A DNA stretch of 57,205 bases, the filler included, from Sphacelaria rigidula (taxonomy: Eukaryota), in the NCBI GenBank assembly GCA_964200075.2. It is 6 parts of 6 records of this genome, joined end to end, with 100 filler letters (N's around TTAATTAATTAA, not from the genome) between each part and the next. Parts side by side here need not be neighbours in the genome. Positions count along the whole stretch, not along the records: positions 1 to 9,453 come from CAXNAA020008465.1; positions 9,554 to 19,006 come from CAXNAA020008466.1; 4 more parts are not named here. One strand, written 5' to 3'. Each line of letters opens with the position of its first letter. The first letter of the stretch is position 1. The position numbers and the translations under genes were made by a program. The notes below the pieces were generated by a model. That model saw nothing but the letters and a program-made list of their open reading frames with translations. It did not search any database and was not told where the DNA came from. Positions 1 to 12,065 of the stretch are shown piece after piece.

Positions 1-552
1 TCTCCCCTCCATTCCCACACAAAAAACCCCGCGCCCCGGTTTCCCCCCTTTTTTCCCCCCCCCCCCCCCCCCCCAGACTTGGTGTCGGTGCTCCAGTAGG
101 CTTGTCGGTACGTTCCGTGGGACAGCTGATTGCCATCATGGCTAGAAGTTGGGAGGGGTGGGCTGTGGAGATGCGGGCTATGGAACGGTAGCGTGGGATC
201 ATGGAAATAGTGTATTTATGTACTTCCGTGGGGACTACCACACAGAAAACAGAAATTCCCCACATCTGTCTAGAATCACCATTTCACACTGGCGATACCA
301 TGGGATAGCTGGTACGCTTCGCGAACAGGAAGTTCCATGTTCAAATCCCAGATCCCACGAAAATGTTGGGAGCCGAAAATAATGGTGTACACCCTCTGAA
401 GCAGAGTTCGAAACTGACGGGAAATCTCCTGTGGTATCGTTGGTCTGACGGCTCAACACACGTACAAAAGTTGTACATTTAGAAGGCAAGATTCCAACCG
501 ATTGCCGGCGTAGATGGTTACTCCTACAAAACCTCCAAGATGTTCCTGAAGT

Positions 553-700
553 GGGGTGGGGGGGTGGCGCACTCATTTGTCGCTCGCCTTGGTCGTTGGA
601 CCACTGACCACGCATCCCTTTCGAGACGGAGCACCGTTGCTACTCCTGGTGGAGACACCTCCAATATTCCGGCGCTTATCACGTTTCTTGTGTAGCTCAT
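553..700 (-). mobile_element. Poly(C)-tailed repeat (subfamily B)
   Basis: Colinear with 18770-18910 and flanked by G runs on both sides. Confidence 0.7.
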
Positions 701-841
701 TACGAAGGGAGGGGGGGGGGGGCAGGGGGACGAAGGAACCATCACATATAAGTGACAAATTTTTCACCAGTGTCTGTCGAGGAATGACCTTTTCACATCT
801 ATTTCATTTGACGCACTTTGAACCCTTCACCTTTCTCGGGA

Positions 842-1117
842 CTATTCGGTGGTCTGTCTCAAGGGATGGAACCCAGGGATGAAACCCATGTCTCCCCGGT
901 ACACGCCTTGCATTGTGGTCCCGCTGGTTGGATCATGACTTTCGCACCGCGTACACGATCGCCAAAACAAACTCAGGGAACTAATTATTTGTTTTCTCAC
1001 GTAGTAACGCTTTCGACGGTTGAAAATCAAATGATTCGAAGAGACCCAGCGCATCGGGGTTTGAACCCTCGTTCCCTCCACCGTGATCGCGACGGCCGGT
1101 CCGTTGGACCACGGGGA
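842..1117 (-). mobile_element. Second tRNA-derived SINE family
   Basis: Minus-strand A box TGGTCCAACGG and B box GGTTCAAACCC. Body homologous to a remnant at about 18090-18225. Confidence 0.6.
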
Positions 1118-1738
1118 ATAGGGGTGGATCAAATGGGTTTTCCAAGGAGGAAGGAATCCTGCTGACGAAAAAATGGTCTCTGTGAGGAGTGAACAGGCCG
1201 CAGAAGAACATGAATATATTAGCCATTCATACTCACATGCTGTTGAACCACGTCGACCCCCCCCCCCCCCTCCCCTTACCTTGACTTCAAATTTGGAATT
1301 TCTTGCTATCGTGCAGAAGAGGAGACGGACACTTGCATTCGCAACATGACCAGTATTTGTACGAGGAGATGCCGTGCGCCTCAAGTGTGTCTGTGATGAG
1401 CTCGAATAGATTCCGCGGAAACGACATGAGATTTTCGAAAAGGGTGGTGAATTTGTCTCGCCCATGGTTCAGACGCTGCCCGTTCAATTTCACCTGTTCC
1501 AGCGGAAAATGGGCAAGGAATACAAATGTCGAATAGAGCCCGGAAAGACGTCTGTGCCTTCGCCCGCAATCACTTCAATCCGTTGTCCAACTGATGACCG
1601 TTCTGTGAAGTATCGCCTTTTTCGTCCGCCGAAACTTTACAGTAACATGAAAGAGGATTTCACATGCAACGTACGGCTGAACACGAGAGCGATTGCATCC
1701 CTCTCAAAATATGTTATATATATGGTCACTTGATACAG

Positions 1739-1840
1739 GACAACGGCATCAGGAATATTGTGGCGCTGCGTGGAGACCCTCCGGCAGGAACGGAAAAATG
1801 GACAGCCACGGAAGGTGGATTTTCCTGCGCCCTTGATCTG
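1739..1840 (+). CDS. MTHFR: Methylenetetrahydrofolate reductase, internal exon A
   Basis: cag acceptor 1736-1738 and gtgag donor at 1841. 102 bp, phase 0/0, encoding [34 protein letters not shown], which contains the MTHFR catalytic-barrel motif GIRNI.ALRGDPP. Confidence 0.93.
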
Positions 1841-2384
1841 GTGAGAAACGTGTTAGCGTGAACGTCTTTGAGAGGGGGGGGGCGCGCGTAGGGAGGGGGA
1901 CATGACCTTTTGTTTTGCGTGACATGCGTGGACAAGGGTGGGTAAATTCGATTGAGAAGCGAAGCAGCATGGAATATCTGGAGATACGCAATATCTCGAA
2001 CACAGTTTTGAGGTATAAATCGCGGTACGCTCCGAGACTGAAATCTGCTGACTTCGGGTGATTTGCCAATACGCGGTGTAATCCAGATGAGGAGGGGGAA
2101 AGCTGCCATGTAAGTGATGCAACATTGCTGTACAGTAGATCCCAAAAGAGATTCTGCGATTCATGTAGGAAATACATGTATCAATACGATCTGCGCCAGC
2201 AGTGAACCCCGCATTTGCATGTCACACCATGATTGATCGAATTCACCAAGTCAGCCCCACTCGAGTATACCGGTGTGACCTGTATATACAGGGTGAGGGG
2301 CGAGAAATAAATATTGGAAGGGTACGAAGATGAAATGGTTTCACGCACGAAGTGTTCCGAAATTTTGGTTGTGGTTTATGTTAA

Positions 2385-2675
2385 TATGTATACAAGGTTA
2401 CTTGAGTGCATTAATCATTCAGATGGTGAATTTTGTAAAACTTTCACACCTTGGACAATGGATGGTCAACAGTTGCAATAGGTGAGTAACGTACTGAATA
2501 GAGTGTAGGCCTATTGCGACTATCGTCGACTGGCAACAGTTGCAATAGGCCTACACTCTATTCAGTACAGTTCTCGTCAATTGCATCTATTCACCATATT
2601 ATGTCCAAGGTGTGAAAACTTCATCAACGGGGCGGATGATATCCGTTGAAAGGACGAGCATACTTGTGTACATAA
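2385..2675. repeat. Imperfect palindrome/foldback element
   Basis: GTACTGAATAGAGTGTAGGCCTATTGC is mirrored around about 2529, and TTTCACACCTTGGACA is mirrored further out. Confidence 0.7.
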
Positions 2676-3207
2676 CGCAGATTAGCTCCACGACAGTGTG
2701 GTGGAACACTTTTTTTTATGGGAAGGGGGGGGGATATTCTATTGAGTGCACTGAAAAAAATTGTTTCAGGTATATGCCTTGTCGTTTGATGACCTTTTCG
2801 TGTACCGTAGTCGGCGGGTGCGATTCATGTGAGATTAGTAGTTGCACCCGTGCAGCTTAGTTGACCAGTAAACTGGAAAGTACCCTGAAGAGCAAGGTCG
2901 GGATTAGATGGAAGTTGGATGACAGAAAAAACGAGCACAGGCAAAGTTTGCCGAAAGACACACAATCATGAGCTTCAATCGTCAGAGATGCACGTTACCC
3001 ACAGTTGGTCGGTCATGCGAAGATCAGGTTACCCACCATGCATAGCGGTGGACATTCTCATAGTGGTATCCCACTGACTTGTGTCCATGGTGTGTTGCCG
3101 TTTTCCACTGTGTAGGCAGCACTGCTCCAGGAGTTCAAAACAAACTACATGAGACAGCAAGCAATGAACTATACACCGAGATCAGTTTTTTTTACTTCCG
3201 TATATTC

Positions 3208-3243
<36 letters not shown>

Positions 3244-4704
3244 GCCTCGGGAAGGAGGTGGGGGGTGCTAGCATGGTAACACCCAGCGGTTGTGTGGGCG
3301 GGCACCGCCACCCACCTTTCCACTGCTTCTTTCCAAAATGTCAAATCACAGGAAAACGTGTTTTTTTACAGGTTATCGCGGGCAAGCATTGGGCGGTGAC
3401 GTACATGCATCCCTGTCACACCACGAGAATAGCTGGTCGAAAGACGGCCCGACCATCATCGATAAGAAGCTCTCGTGACGGCCGTCACTCATTGGATTAT
3501 CGTTCCTGGTGGCGGAAATCCTTGGTGTCGAGGAGGGCCCGCGTTTTATGGAACACAAGTTGTCACAGCGCAAGTTGATGGATGCTGACGAGTCATCCCT
3601 TCGACAGTGGAGTTGTGGACATTTTCGGGTATATCAAAGAATGTTCCGCCACCCATGCACACAGTGCGTGCCGAATATCCCCTCGTTCAGGCAGCAGTGT
3701 TTCTGGAATAACCATATCGTGATCCAAGCCTCCCCTGCACTACTCACTGGTACTCCTTAATTCAGAGGAGCAAATCCGAAGTGCGCTTGGTATTTTCTCC
3801 CGAAACTCGTAGACGTGGAAATATGCTCGCGTCGGGCATTTCATGAGGTACCTGAAATGACTAATCGATCAGTACTCTCAGATCCGTTGTTCACAAACAC
3901 AAAATTCGTGACAGCAGGGTCAGTTAAGCCACAAGTTTTACCTTTGCGATACTCCGCGTCCTCGACGTCCAGCGCTGTACGGTAGTGGGCGGTTTAACAG
4001 GGGTGTTTTGGATATTTACTCGCGTTCTTCTCTTCGATGGAACCCAAAATTGCTAGCATCAGTAGATTTCGATACAATAAACAAATCATCCTCGAAACAC
4101 AGTGCTCAAGTCAGTGCCAGTTGGTGTGATCCGGCGAAACGAGTGAAAACCCCGTTTATCAGGGGGTGTTCTTGACCGTGAAACACAGTATTTTGGCTCT
4201 AGTGCGATGAGTAGGCAAAATTTCTTGAAGATGAACTGTACATTTCTTCACAGATATGATCGGGACAGGCTCGATCAACCGAAAATACACAGGAGTACAA
4301 ATCCGGGCTGAAACGTGGAAAGACCCCCGATAACCGGTCAGCCCGCAAGTCACTCAATATTGAAAACAGATGTTTTATTCTTCTCAAAATGTGGAGCGGA
4401 TACATGATTCTTCAGATCTCCGATGTGGTGAGCGATGTCAAGCTAAAAGATTCTGAGAAAATTGCCAAATACGAAAAATAATAACGAAATGCCATGAAAT
4501 GAATCGTTGGACCGCCCCCTCCTGTAGTGGAAAAGTTTGCAGAAAAACAAGGAGGCCAATGGAGTTTGCACATGATCCGGATAAGTACACTCAAAAGAAG
4601 TAATACTCAGGTAGCTCATGAGTTGTCTGACGTGTGGGAATGTAAGGAAATTCAATCGCTCGAGCTTACGAATGGACACCCCCTCTTCCCCCCCTGCTTC
4701 GCGG

Positions 4705-5030
4705 CGAGACACCCATGAGGCAGTGTATGAGCCGTGGCGTGACTGTCTCTGGAAGTGACGATACCAGGAAATGAAGCAAACTCATTGGAGTCATTGGAGA
4801 CTGTCATCCAAACGCAAGATAATCAGTACGCTCCGAGCTGAACATTCTTCGCAGGATGCAGCTCACCCTTCATCTGACTCGCCGGACACACCACGATGCT
4901 TCGCGCTTGGTGATGAAGTGCCAGCCTGGTCCGGTGAAAACTCGGCTCGTCCGTCCCGGCTTTGTAGGGATGCGAGGTCAATGGTCCTATAACTATAGCA
5001 GGCATGATCATGAGTACCCCCCCCCCCCCC
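4705..5030 (+). mobile_element. Poly(C)-tailed dispersed repeat, subfamily A, long copy
   Basis: About 300 bp colinear with the reverse complement of 35770-36077. Ends CATGAGTAC followed by a long C run. Confidence 0.8.
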
Positions 5031-5102
5031 CGCGCGCGTGCGCACGCTTCCGTCTTCGCGCCTCCGTTACCAATGGATCTTTGGTTCATTCGTATCGTCT
5101 AG

Positions 5103-5189
5103 GTGAAGTATATCCGCGAGAAGCACGGCGACTACTTCGGCATCAGCGTGGCGGGTTACCCGGAGGGTCACCCGGACCGCATCAAGGAG
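5103..5189 (+). CDS. MTHFR: Methylenetetrahydrofolate reductase, internal exon B
   Basis: tag acceptor and gtaag donor. 87 bp encoding [29 protein letters not shown] ([14 protein letters not shown] motif). Joins exon A in frame (ALDL|VKYIR). Confidence 0.93.
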
Positions 5190-6691
5190 GTAAGTTACAA
5201 CGATGCAAAGCTGCTGAGGGTATAGAGGGTACCGGTACGAGTAGCCGTTCGGCTACATGTCCCTAGAGGCAGGTACCGAGTGCGCATATATTTATGGATA
5301 CCACGGGTTCCGTAGAGTGCTGAAATATTTCTTGCGGTCGATACACACCAGGTGGCCTGGAATGCTCAGTGCTACAGGCAATTGATGCCCCCGGGCAATA
5401 TGGAGCGCATAATATCTTTTCTGTTCAAGAACAAATAATTTCGAGTTGGGTCTGGCTCATTCCTATGCATAAGTAGATGGGGGTTCGACATTGCGCGGGA
5501 AGATGAGTAGTCGGAAGAAGCGGGGGAGTCAAAGTGTTGGAATATCGTCTCGTTCGAAGATCGGGTTCACGAAAAGTCACGGAATGTCGTGCACGCGATG
5601 AAAGTCCGAGTTGTTCGGTGTGTCGAGAGGTACGATAGCCGGTTCGGTCGTCGCGCGTTGTAAAAGTTGGCGTGTACGTTTTGAATCGATCGCTTGAATT
5701 GGTTGGTTGGTTGTCATGCTTTCACTGATACCTGAGAGTTCATGAGCACCCATGAAGGTAAACAAGACGAACATGGTTGTCAGCCTGTCACCACGAAAGG
5801 CGTCCGCATCAGGCGTCCAGTACAAAGGAGCACACAGATATCGGAACGTTTTTTCATGTCGAGACAACAAGGCCAGCAACAACATGGTCGATCAAAGAAA
5901 ATAAAAAATGAAGAGAACATAGGTAGGAAGAGATCAAGAGAGAGAGAGAGAGAGACGGAAAGACGAAGGGTGGCAAAACACGAAGGTAAAGGAGGAAGCA
6001 AATCAACGTAAAACTGAACCAGAACAAGAGGAGAGACAAACCCATGAAAACAAAAGAAAAACACTGGAAAAAAACTGTTTTGTGCTCGTCGGAATAGCGA
6101 AGGTCGTAGTACTCATCACGTGCCTTCTCCACCTCCACAGCAGATGTGGGGTCAGGCACGAACGCCGCAGAAAGAGCCAAGGTTCAAATCGCATTCCCGT
6201 GGGGGAAGGGGGGGCGGGGGGCCCGTACTCATCCGTTGCTTGCCTTGGTCGATTGACCATTGACCACGCAGGGTGGGGCGGGAGGGGGGGGGGGTTGTAA
6301 GTCGTGGAATAGCCAAACTTGTGCGAGGCACACACTAGACAGTTGTGTAGACCCCCCCTTCCGTACTTCCCTCTCGCACTCCTTGCGTTTTCTATTTTCA
6401 ACCGCTTTGTCGCATGAATAATGATGTGTCCAGCCACGCCAAACCTTTTGAGCACGCATTCAGCAGCTGCTCCGCAGCGTCGATTGCAGGCAAATATATC
6501 TCTGCGTGCACGAGTTTTTTCTTCTTCTCCAAGCAAACGGTGTTTCCCGGACAGGAAGACATTGTGTCGTTGTCTTATGCCGCACCTCGCCGTTCCGCGC
6601 CGGTTGATTTCTGTGATGTTTTGTCTCTTGGGTGTCTGGTGTGTCCCCGTATCGCTGTGGTTGACAACACACACGCGCGCGCACACACAAG

Positions 6692-6788
6692 GTTCCAGGA
6701 GGAATGGAAGCGATGAGCGAGTCTGAGAAGGGCCGGTGCAAAATCGAAAAGGACGCTGATGGCAAAGAGGTTGCTTACGTCTGCGCAG
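6692..6788 (+). CDS. MTHFR: Methylenetetrahydrofolate reductase, probable internal exon C
   Basis: aag acceptor and strong G|gtaag donor. 97 bp, in frame with exon B, encoding VPGGMEAMSESEKGRCKIEKDADGKEVAYVCA. Further exons lie outside this scaffold. Confidence 0.72.
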
Positions 6789-6815
6789 GTAAGATATCCC
6801 AAGGGGAAAAGCCGA

Positions 6816-7240
6816 TCATCGAAATTCAGGATGGAGCTATTCATATAGGATGAGAACCCGTGGAGTTGAAATATTCGTGTCCACACCGAATCTTCGAAAT
6901 ATGGTTTCGTTCCTTCACCTACTGGTGGCCGATAATAACTACTACGCGCTATACAAATTTGGACCCGGATGATCGAAATGTTGGGGTATTTGGCGAAGAA
7001 TTAATTTGGGGGAATATGGGTGATCCGATCGCACCGTCGAAATTCCCCAAAATCGGTTTTATACCGAGGACCCCAACATTTCGGTTGTTGAGTCCAAGTT
7101 TGTATGACGTGTAGTAGTAATCAAAAGCCACCAGTAGAGGGAGGAATGTAACCGTGTTTCGAAGATTTGGTGTTGATACGAAGATTTTATTTCTCTGGGT
7201 TCTCATCCATAATGAAGAGCTCCATCCTCAATTTCGATGA
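6816..7240. mobile_element. Older foldback MITE related to 22363-22813
   Basis: TCATCGAAATT..GGATGGAGCT mirrored at 7218-7240. Shares CTTCGAAATATGGTT and CGAAATGTTGGGGT blocks with the other copy. Confidence 0.8.
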
Positions 7241-7754
7241 CATGCTGTTGGGTGAAGCGGGGGGGGTTAGGGGGTTAGGGGCGTGGGGGCCGGGGGTCTC
7301 GCCTATTATATCGATGACGCTCTTTGCTATGTCGTTCACACCCTTACCTATATATGGTTAATAGTTCCAGTGGAGAAAAATGCATTCACAAAGTGTAGTT
7401 GTATTGAAACTTGATCTCCAGGCTTATTTTTCAGCGTTGCAACCCAGGTACACGCAGTCCAGACACGTGGAATGGCGCAAAAGTTGCGTGGATACCCCTC
7501 GGACCAGCGGTCAACTTTTTCTCCATTGTAGGCACTCAGACCGAGAAGATGGTGGATTTGGTGACTCGTGGTCGTGATGATTCGTCCTAACCGTGCAACT
7601 TTTGGGTCGTAGATTTGTCGGGGTGTGATGGCGTTGCAAGATTCTAGTTGAGTGCATGTGTCCGTGTGGACAAGTCCCGCGTGATATGGTGGTGAAAATC
7701 GGGTTACACCGATTTTCCTCCGATTCCATGCTGAGCCCCCCACTAAAATAAAGA

Positions 7755-8866
7755 GGCTAGTTCACCGGCGTTGGGCTACAAATGCTCGAGGTTGACGCCA
7801 TTTCGTTGGTATCCCTTCGAGCTGGGCCAGCCGAGGAGCGATTCTGCAGTTTGCAGGCCTATTTCACGGCCAATACTTGGAGTTTGACCCCGAAATTTGG
7901 TATGGACAATGAGTAGGGCATAATAAACAAAAAATACTGGCGTACACAAGTTTTTTTTCCTGCATGAGTTGGGAGCATTTTTACCGATATCTGAAAACTG
8001 ATTATTGCTCTCAACTCTTGAAAAAAAACCTTGTGTACGCCAGTAATTTTTTAATTATGCCCTACTCATTGTCCTTACCAAGATTCAGGACCCAACCTGA
8101 AGTATTGGCCGTATAATCGGCCGTTTAGTGACAGGGTCAGGAGAGATTCGGAACAGTATTTCGCAGGCCATTCATCGGCCCACGTTTGGTGTTTGTGTAT
8201 TAAAACTTCGTGTGGGGCGTGGCTAGGGCATGATCAACAAAACAAAGTGAGTCAGGTTGATTTTTTTCAAGTTTTTCCACTGGTTTGGGGCGTTTTACTA
8301 TGGTGAAGACCATATTCTACGAGAACACCCCAACCTTTATGAAAAAACAACATGGAAGGTCCACTTTTTTTTTTGCTCGGCACTCTTTTGTGGTTCTCCA
8401 CATCAAAATTCGTCGCCATCCGCTAAATGCATCGATTGGGAGTTCCACAGAGATTTTAGTATTGGCGCTATCTCCCTCAGGTATAGGAACTACTAGACAT
8501 GGGGTTTAATCAACGAGAAAATATGGGCCCAAACTTTTGAGCAGATGGGCACCTGCACCTTGATTGTACGATTAATGCAATATGCGGATCACGTCCCAAC
8601 TCGTCTGCGTCGATGAGATATTGCTTTAAGAGCTCAAATCCGTCTTCATGCTGGCCCAGCTCGTAACTCTAACCCAACGCATACCAAGAAACCTTGGGCA
8701 AGGGCGGTACGTACGTTCCCTATGCAAAGTGCGGGCTGGGTAGACCCCAAATCAAATCGGCGCGTGTGGTGCCGATCTCAACATAACAATCAGATTTTTG
8801 TTGTTCACATTCAGATCGAGTAATATCAACCACGGATATTTGTAACCCAACGCCGGTGAACACTAC
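7755..8866. mobile_element. Short subterminal-inverted-repeat element (possibly Helentron-associated) interrupted by the 7818-8663 MITE
   Basis: GTTCACCGGCGTTGGGCTACAAAT at 7760 is inverted at about 8838-8861. An uninterrupted homolog lies at 50772-51095. Confidence 0.7.
7818..8663. mobile_element. MITE with 14-bp TIR CGAGCTGGGCCAGC and an internal inverted repeat
   Basis: Perfect TIRs with TT/TA flanks, internal foldback at about 7870-8110. Body homologous to 19672-20773. Confidence 0.8.
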
Positions 8867-9453
8867 TGATGGTAGAAGTCGGTCCATTTTCGTGATAGCT
8901 ATACCACCGTAATTGGTGTCCCCATGATCCTATACAGTGTTGTTCTCGAACCACGTCAATCCAGACCGCAAGGTTGCCGACGTTTGCCCGCGTGAAACCA
9001 GGGACACATGGCCTACCCTTAATAGAGGTATCTCAAACTCGGCTCCCGGTATCCTGGGTTATTGGCTGACTCTGAGTTGTGTATTGTTTGTTGAAGTGAA
9101 AGTGATCGCGATTCATGAGAGGACCTGAGCTGGCAGTCAAACGGTCTCATCATCTGATGAATTCGGATCAATCTCCTTGAAAAAATGGAGCAAAATAAAC
9201 CAGGATAACAGGAGCCGAGTCTGAGATACCTCTAATACGGGTAGTTTCCTACTTTTATTATCCTTGTTGTTTGGTTGAGAAGAGCGAGCGATAGTTGACG
9301 CAGGGGAGTATAATTTCGAAGAATGTTCGCGAGTGATGATTGCGGTATGCTCAAGAAGCAAAATCCGACTGAGTCATCCTACGATAGGGGGGGGGGGGAT
9401 TTGGTTGCACGAAAAAAAAGGCTCATAAGTGTGTCAGACATCCTTCAACACTT

Positions 9454-9553
9454 NNNNNNNNNNNNNNNNNNNNNNNNNNNNNNNNNNNNNNNNNNNNTTA
9501 ATTAATTAANNNNNNNNNNNNNNNNNNNNNNNNNNNNNNNNNNNNNNNNNNNN
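9454..9553. other. Artificial scaffold linker 1
   Basis: 44N + TTAATTAATTAA (stops in all six frames) + 44N = 100 nt. Confidence 0.98.
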
Positions 9554-9566
9554 CCCACTCCGACCT

Positions 9567-9658
9567 TTTTGCTCCGTTTCGTAAGGGATGCGTGGCCAAC
9601 GGTCGTCCGCCTCAGCCAAGCAACAAATGAGTACGCCCCCCCCCTCCCCACCCCCCAC
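9567..9658 (+). mobile_element. 5'-truncated poly(C)-tailed repeat (subfamily B) with 13-bp TSD
   Basis: CCCAC(T/A)CCGACCT direct repeats at 9554-9566 and 9659-9671. Confidence 0.75.
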
Positions 9659-9793
9659 CCCACACCGACCTGAACAACCCCCACGGGTGATACGTTTTCG
9701 GATCCCAACAACCCATCACCATGGCTTCGTGTACCATGAATCCTATGGCATATCGCCTCATTGCGAACGCACCACAGGGCAACACGAGCGTAC

Positions 9794-9944
9794 CAGATCA
9801 GAGAGAAGCCTTGCAGGATCTCCGGCACCCGCACTTGAAGTCGATCCCCCACCTGGGGGGGTGGGACAAGCGCGTGCAGCGCCGGTGGACACAGCACCAT
9901 GCTCGATGACACCCCGAAAAACTTCGGGCGCACCTAGCAATACC
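9794..9944 (-). CDS. IPO11: Importin-11-like exon (6th visible)
   Basis: cag acceptor. The first base completes the split Arg codon of the previous exon, giving RVLLGAPEVF...DPARLLSDL (compare importin-11 GRVLLQ). gtacgc donor, 151 bp. Confidence 0.75.
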
Positions 9945-10270
9945 CTGCTTAGTACAAAACAGGAAGAGGGGGGGGGGTAACTGCAACTTTTCGAAACTCG
10001 TGGTCAGCGGGGTATCGGGAAAACATGCTCTCCGCGGCCCCAGCGGTGCATACGTTTTTGTCATATGTTCAAGCGCTCAGATGCATACATCTGTTGAATC
10101 GACATAATCATGGTGGACTTCGATAGCCCACAGGAAACCGTTCAGCATATGTTTTACTGGTCAGCGCAATCGCACATGCGCTCTGCTGTGTTGTAGGTAC
10201 ATTATAGTAAGTAGCCTGGGGGTACGGCAACGATGAATCAGCTTTTGAACGGCAGCGTTGACTGACATAC

Positions 10271-10359
10271 CGGCAGAGCACGGTGAGGTGCTGAACGATC
10301 ACAAGATCCGGCTCTTTATTGCTGTCGTCTGCGATCGCTCGTACACACGATTCCAACAC
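10271..10359 (-). CDS. IPO11: Importin-11-like exon (5th visible)
   Basis: cag acceptor and gtatgt donor. 89 bp ending in phase 2, VLESCVRAIADDSNKEPDLVIVQHLTVLC(R). Confidence 0.8.
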
Positions 10360-10783
10360 CTGAGCACACAGGCATGCACGCGGGCGCGGACCCCCAAAAA
10401 ACAGCATCAGGTATCGAGACATGAAGAAGCGCGGTTGCATGCGAGGAGAGAAAACTATACATGTGTGTGCCTCTAGCGTGCATCCGCATGCATATAACTT
10501 GGAACGAAGATATGGCAACACAACCACCCAACAACCACCACCACCAACAACACCAACAACAGCAGCAGCACCGCAAACACAACGGCCAACACCAACAATC
10601 TGTCCAGACCAGCAGACCGAACTCTTAACAACATCCCAAAGGCTGGGTATATCCCACCTGGCCCCAAAAAAATGAGCCGCACTCTTGACAAGTCCCAGTT
10701 CATCAAGCTTGTGTTGTGCCATGCGTACGATATCAATGACTGTAAATACGCAAAATCGACCGTGTTCCCCAACGCCTCGGTAC

Positions 10784-10891
10784 CTTGTCCAATACCCCCG
10801 CCTCTGCTAGAAGCCTTGAGCCGTCGAGTGGAAAGATCCTCAGAAGACTCTCCATAGCTCGAGACACGAACGCCGCTCCCTTCGGCTTCAC
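10784..10891 (-). CDS. IPO11: Importin-11-like exon (4th visible)
   Basis: tttccag acceptor and AAG|gtacc donor. 108 bp, VKPKGAAFVSRAMESLLRIFPLDGSRLLAEAGVLDK, HEAT-repeat-like helices. Confidence 0.8.
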
Positions 10892-11459
10892 CTGGAAATG
10901 ATTCAATTTGAGTTGGTGTTGATAGTCCCCCTTTCGCACACGCCTTACATTTTGGCAGTGTGGATTGGATCATGACTGAGCATTCCGGCACTGTGTCGAC
11001 TCTCGTTAAATGAACTCAATTTGCTACTCACGCACCCATGTTTCCAACCACGGAAAAATAACATATTTGAACAAAGAACATATTTCTCGGAAACAAAAAC
11101 GCATCTACTGGGATGCAAACCCTCAATCTTCCACCCGGACAGGTTTTCTCGTTGTAACAGTTGGACTACCGTAGCGCAGCGACCCATTTGATTGGTTGTT
11201 GATTGCTTGTCATACTTCAACTTATCCCCTAGGGATCAAGCCGTGGCCACACGATAGACGTACCCGATATCAAAGCAACATGGGAACACACGCTGAAAAA
11301 AAAGTTGAGGGAACAGAATCGTAGAACAGCCGGAGTGGACTGCCAGAGAGTAGACTTGGGACAACAACAACAAAAAGAGGGAGAAAGACGATAATGTTCA
11401 CATAATGCATGATACTGTATCCTACGTGTATGAATCGCTCGCCCACGGCAGCCACGTAC

Positions 11460-11561
11460 CTCACCCACAACCCTTGAAAAGCATGCTGCAAGCAGGAGGC
11501 CGTGGGTCTGCAGGAAGGTGCTCTTCCCCGTCACCACGTAAGCTTCTGCGAGAAGCATCGC
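11460..11561 (-). CDS. IPO11: Importin-11-like exon (3rd visible)
   Basis: ttttgtcag acceptor and gtacgt donor. 102 bp, AMLLAEAYVVTGKSTFLQTHGLLLAACFSRVVGE (compare importin-11 FLQTY segment). Confidence 0.82.
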
Positions 11562-12065
11562 CTGACAAAATGATTCGAGATGAAGAAACATAAAGCCGAA
11601 CGACGAAAAAAAAGTGGTAAAAACAATTGTATCAAGCAACTGCGTACAAGCTGGGCCAGCTGACGATGATTTTTTAATGGTTCCGGGCGCGACTGTGGGT
11701 AATTTGAGGAGTTAGGCGCAGATCTCTTGACACAATATCTTTTATCATCAACATGCGCAACATTTCTCGGGATGCCTCGAAAAAATAGAAAGTTAGAGCG
11801 ATCTGAAGTTTCAGCAAACACTGGAAAAATGCTATAACTTCATGAAAATAAAGAAGTACGGCGGCATCCCCATCAATGTTGTGCGTACTTGCGTGCCGGA
11901 GATCCTGGTGAAATTTCGGCCAAAAATTGGGCGCAGCCGGGCACTTTTTGTGTGGCACCGCTGCGCCCGTTTCATCCAAGTGATACAGGAGACTCCAGGT
12001 ATGGAGGTCACGAGTTCGAATCCTGACGTATCATCTGTTTTTTTCGTTCCGTCGTTAAGGCCATA

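Noticed and set aside
3372-3760. Extra exon or nested gene after a strong TTTTTTTACAG acceptor in the MTHFR intron
   Set aside because: MTHFR exons A and B join without it, the frames contain stops, and I recognise no convincing motif.
5515-5745. Copia 3' LTR preceded by an AAGCGGGGGAG polypurine tract
   Set aside because: Suggestive TGTTGG start, but no second LTR, TSD or coding support is visible.
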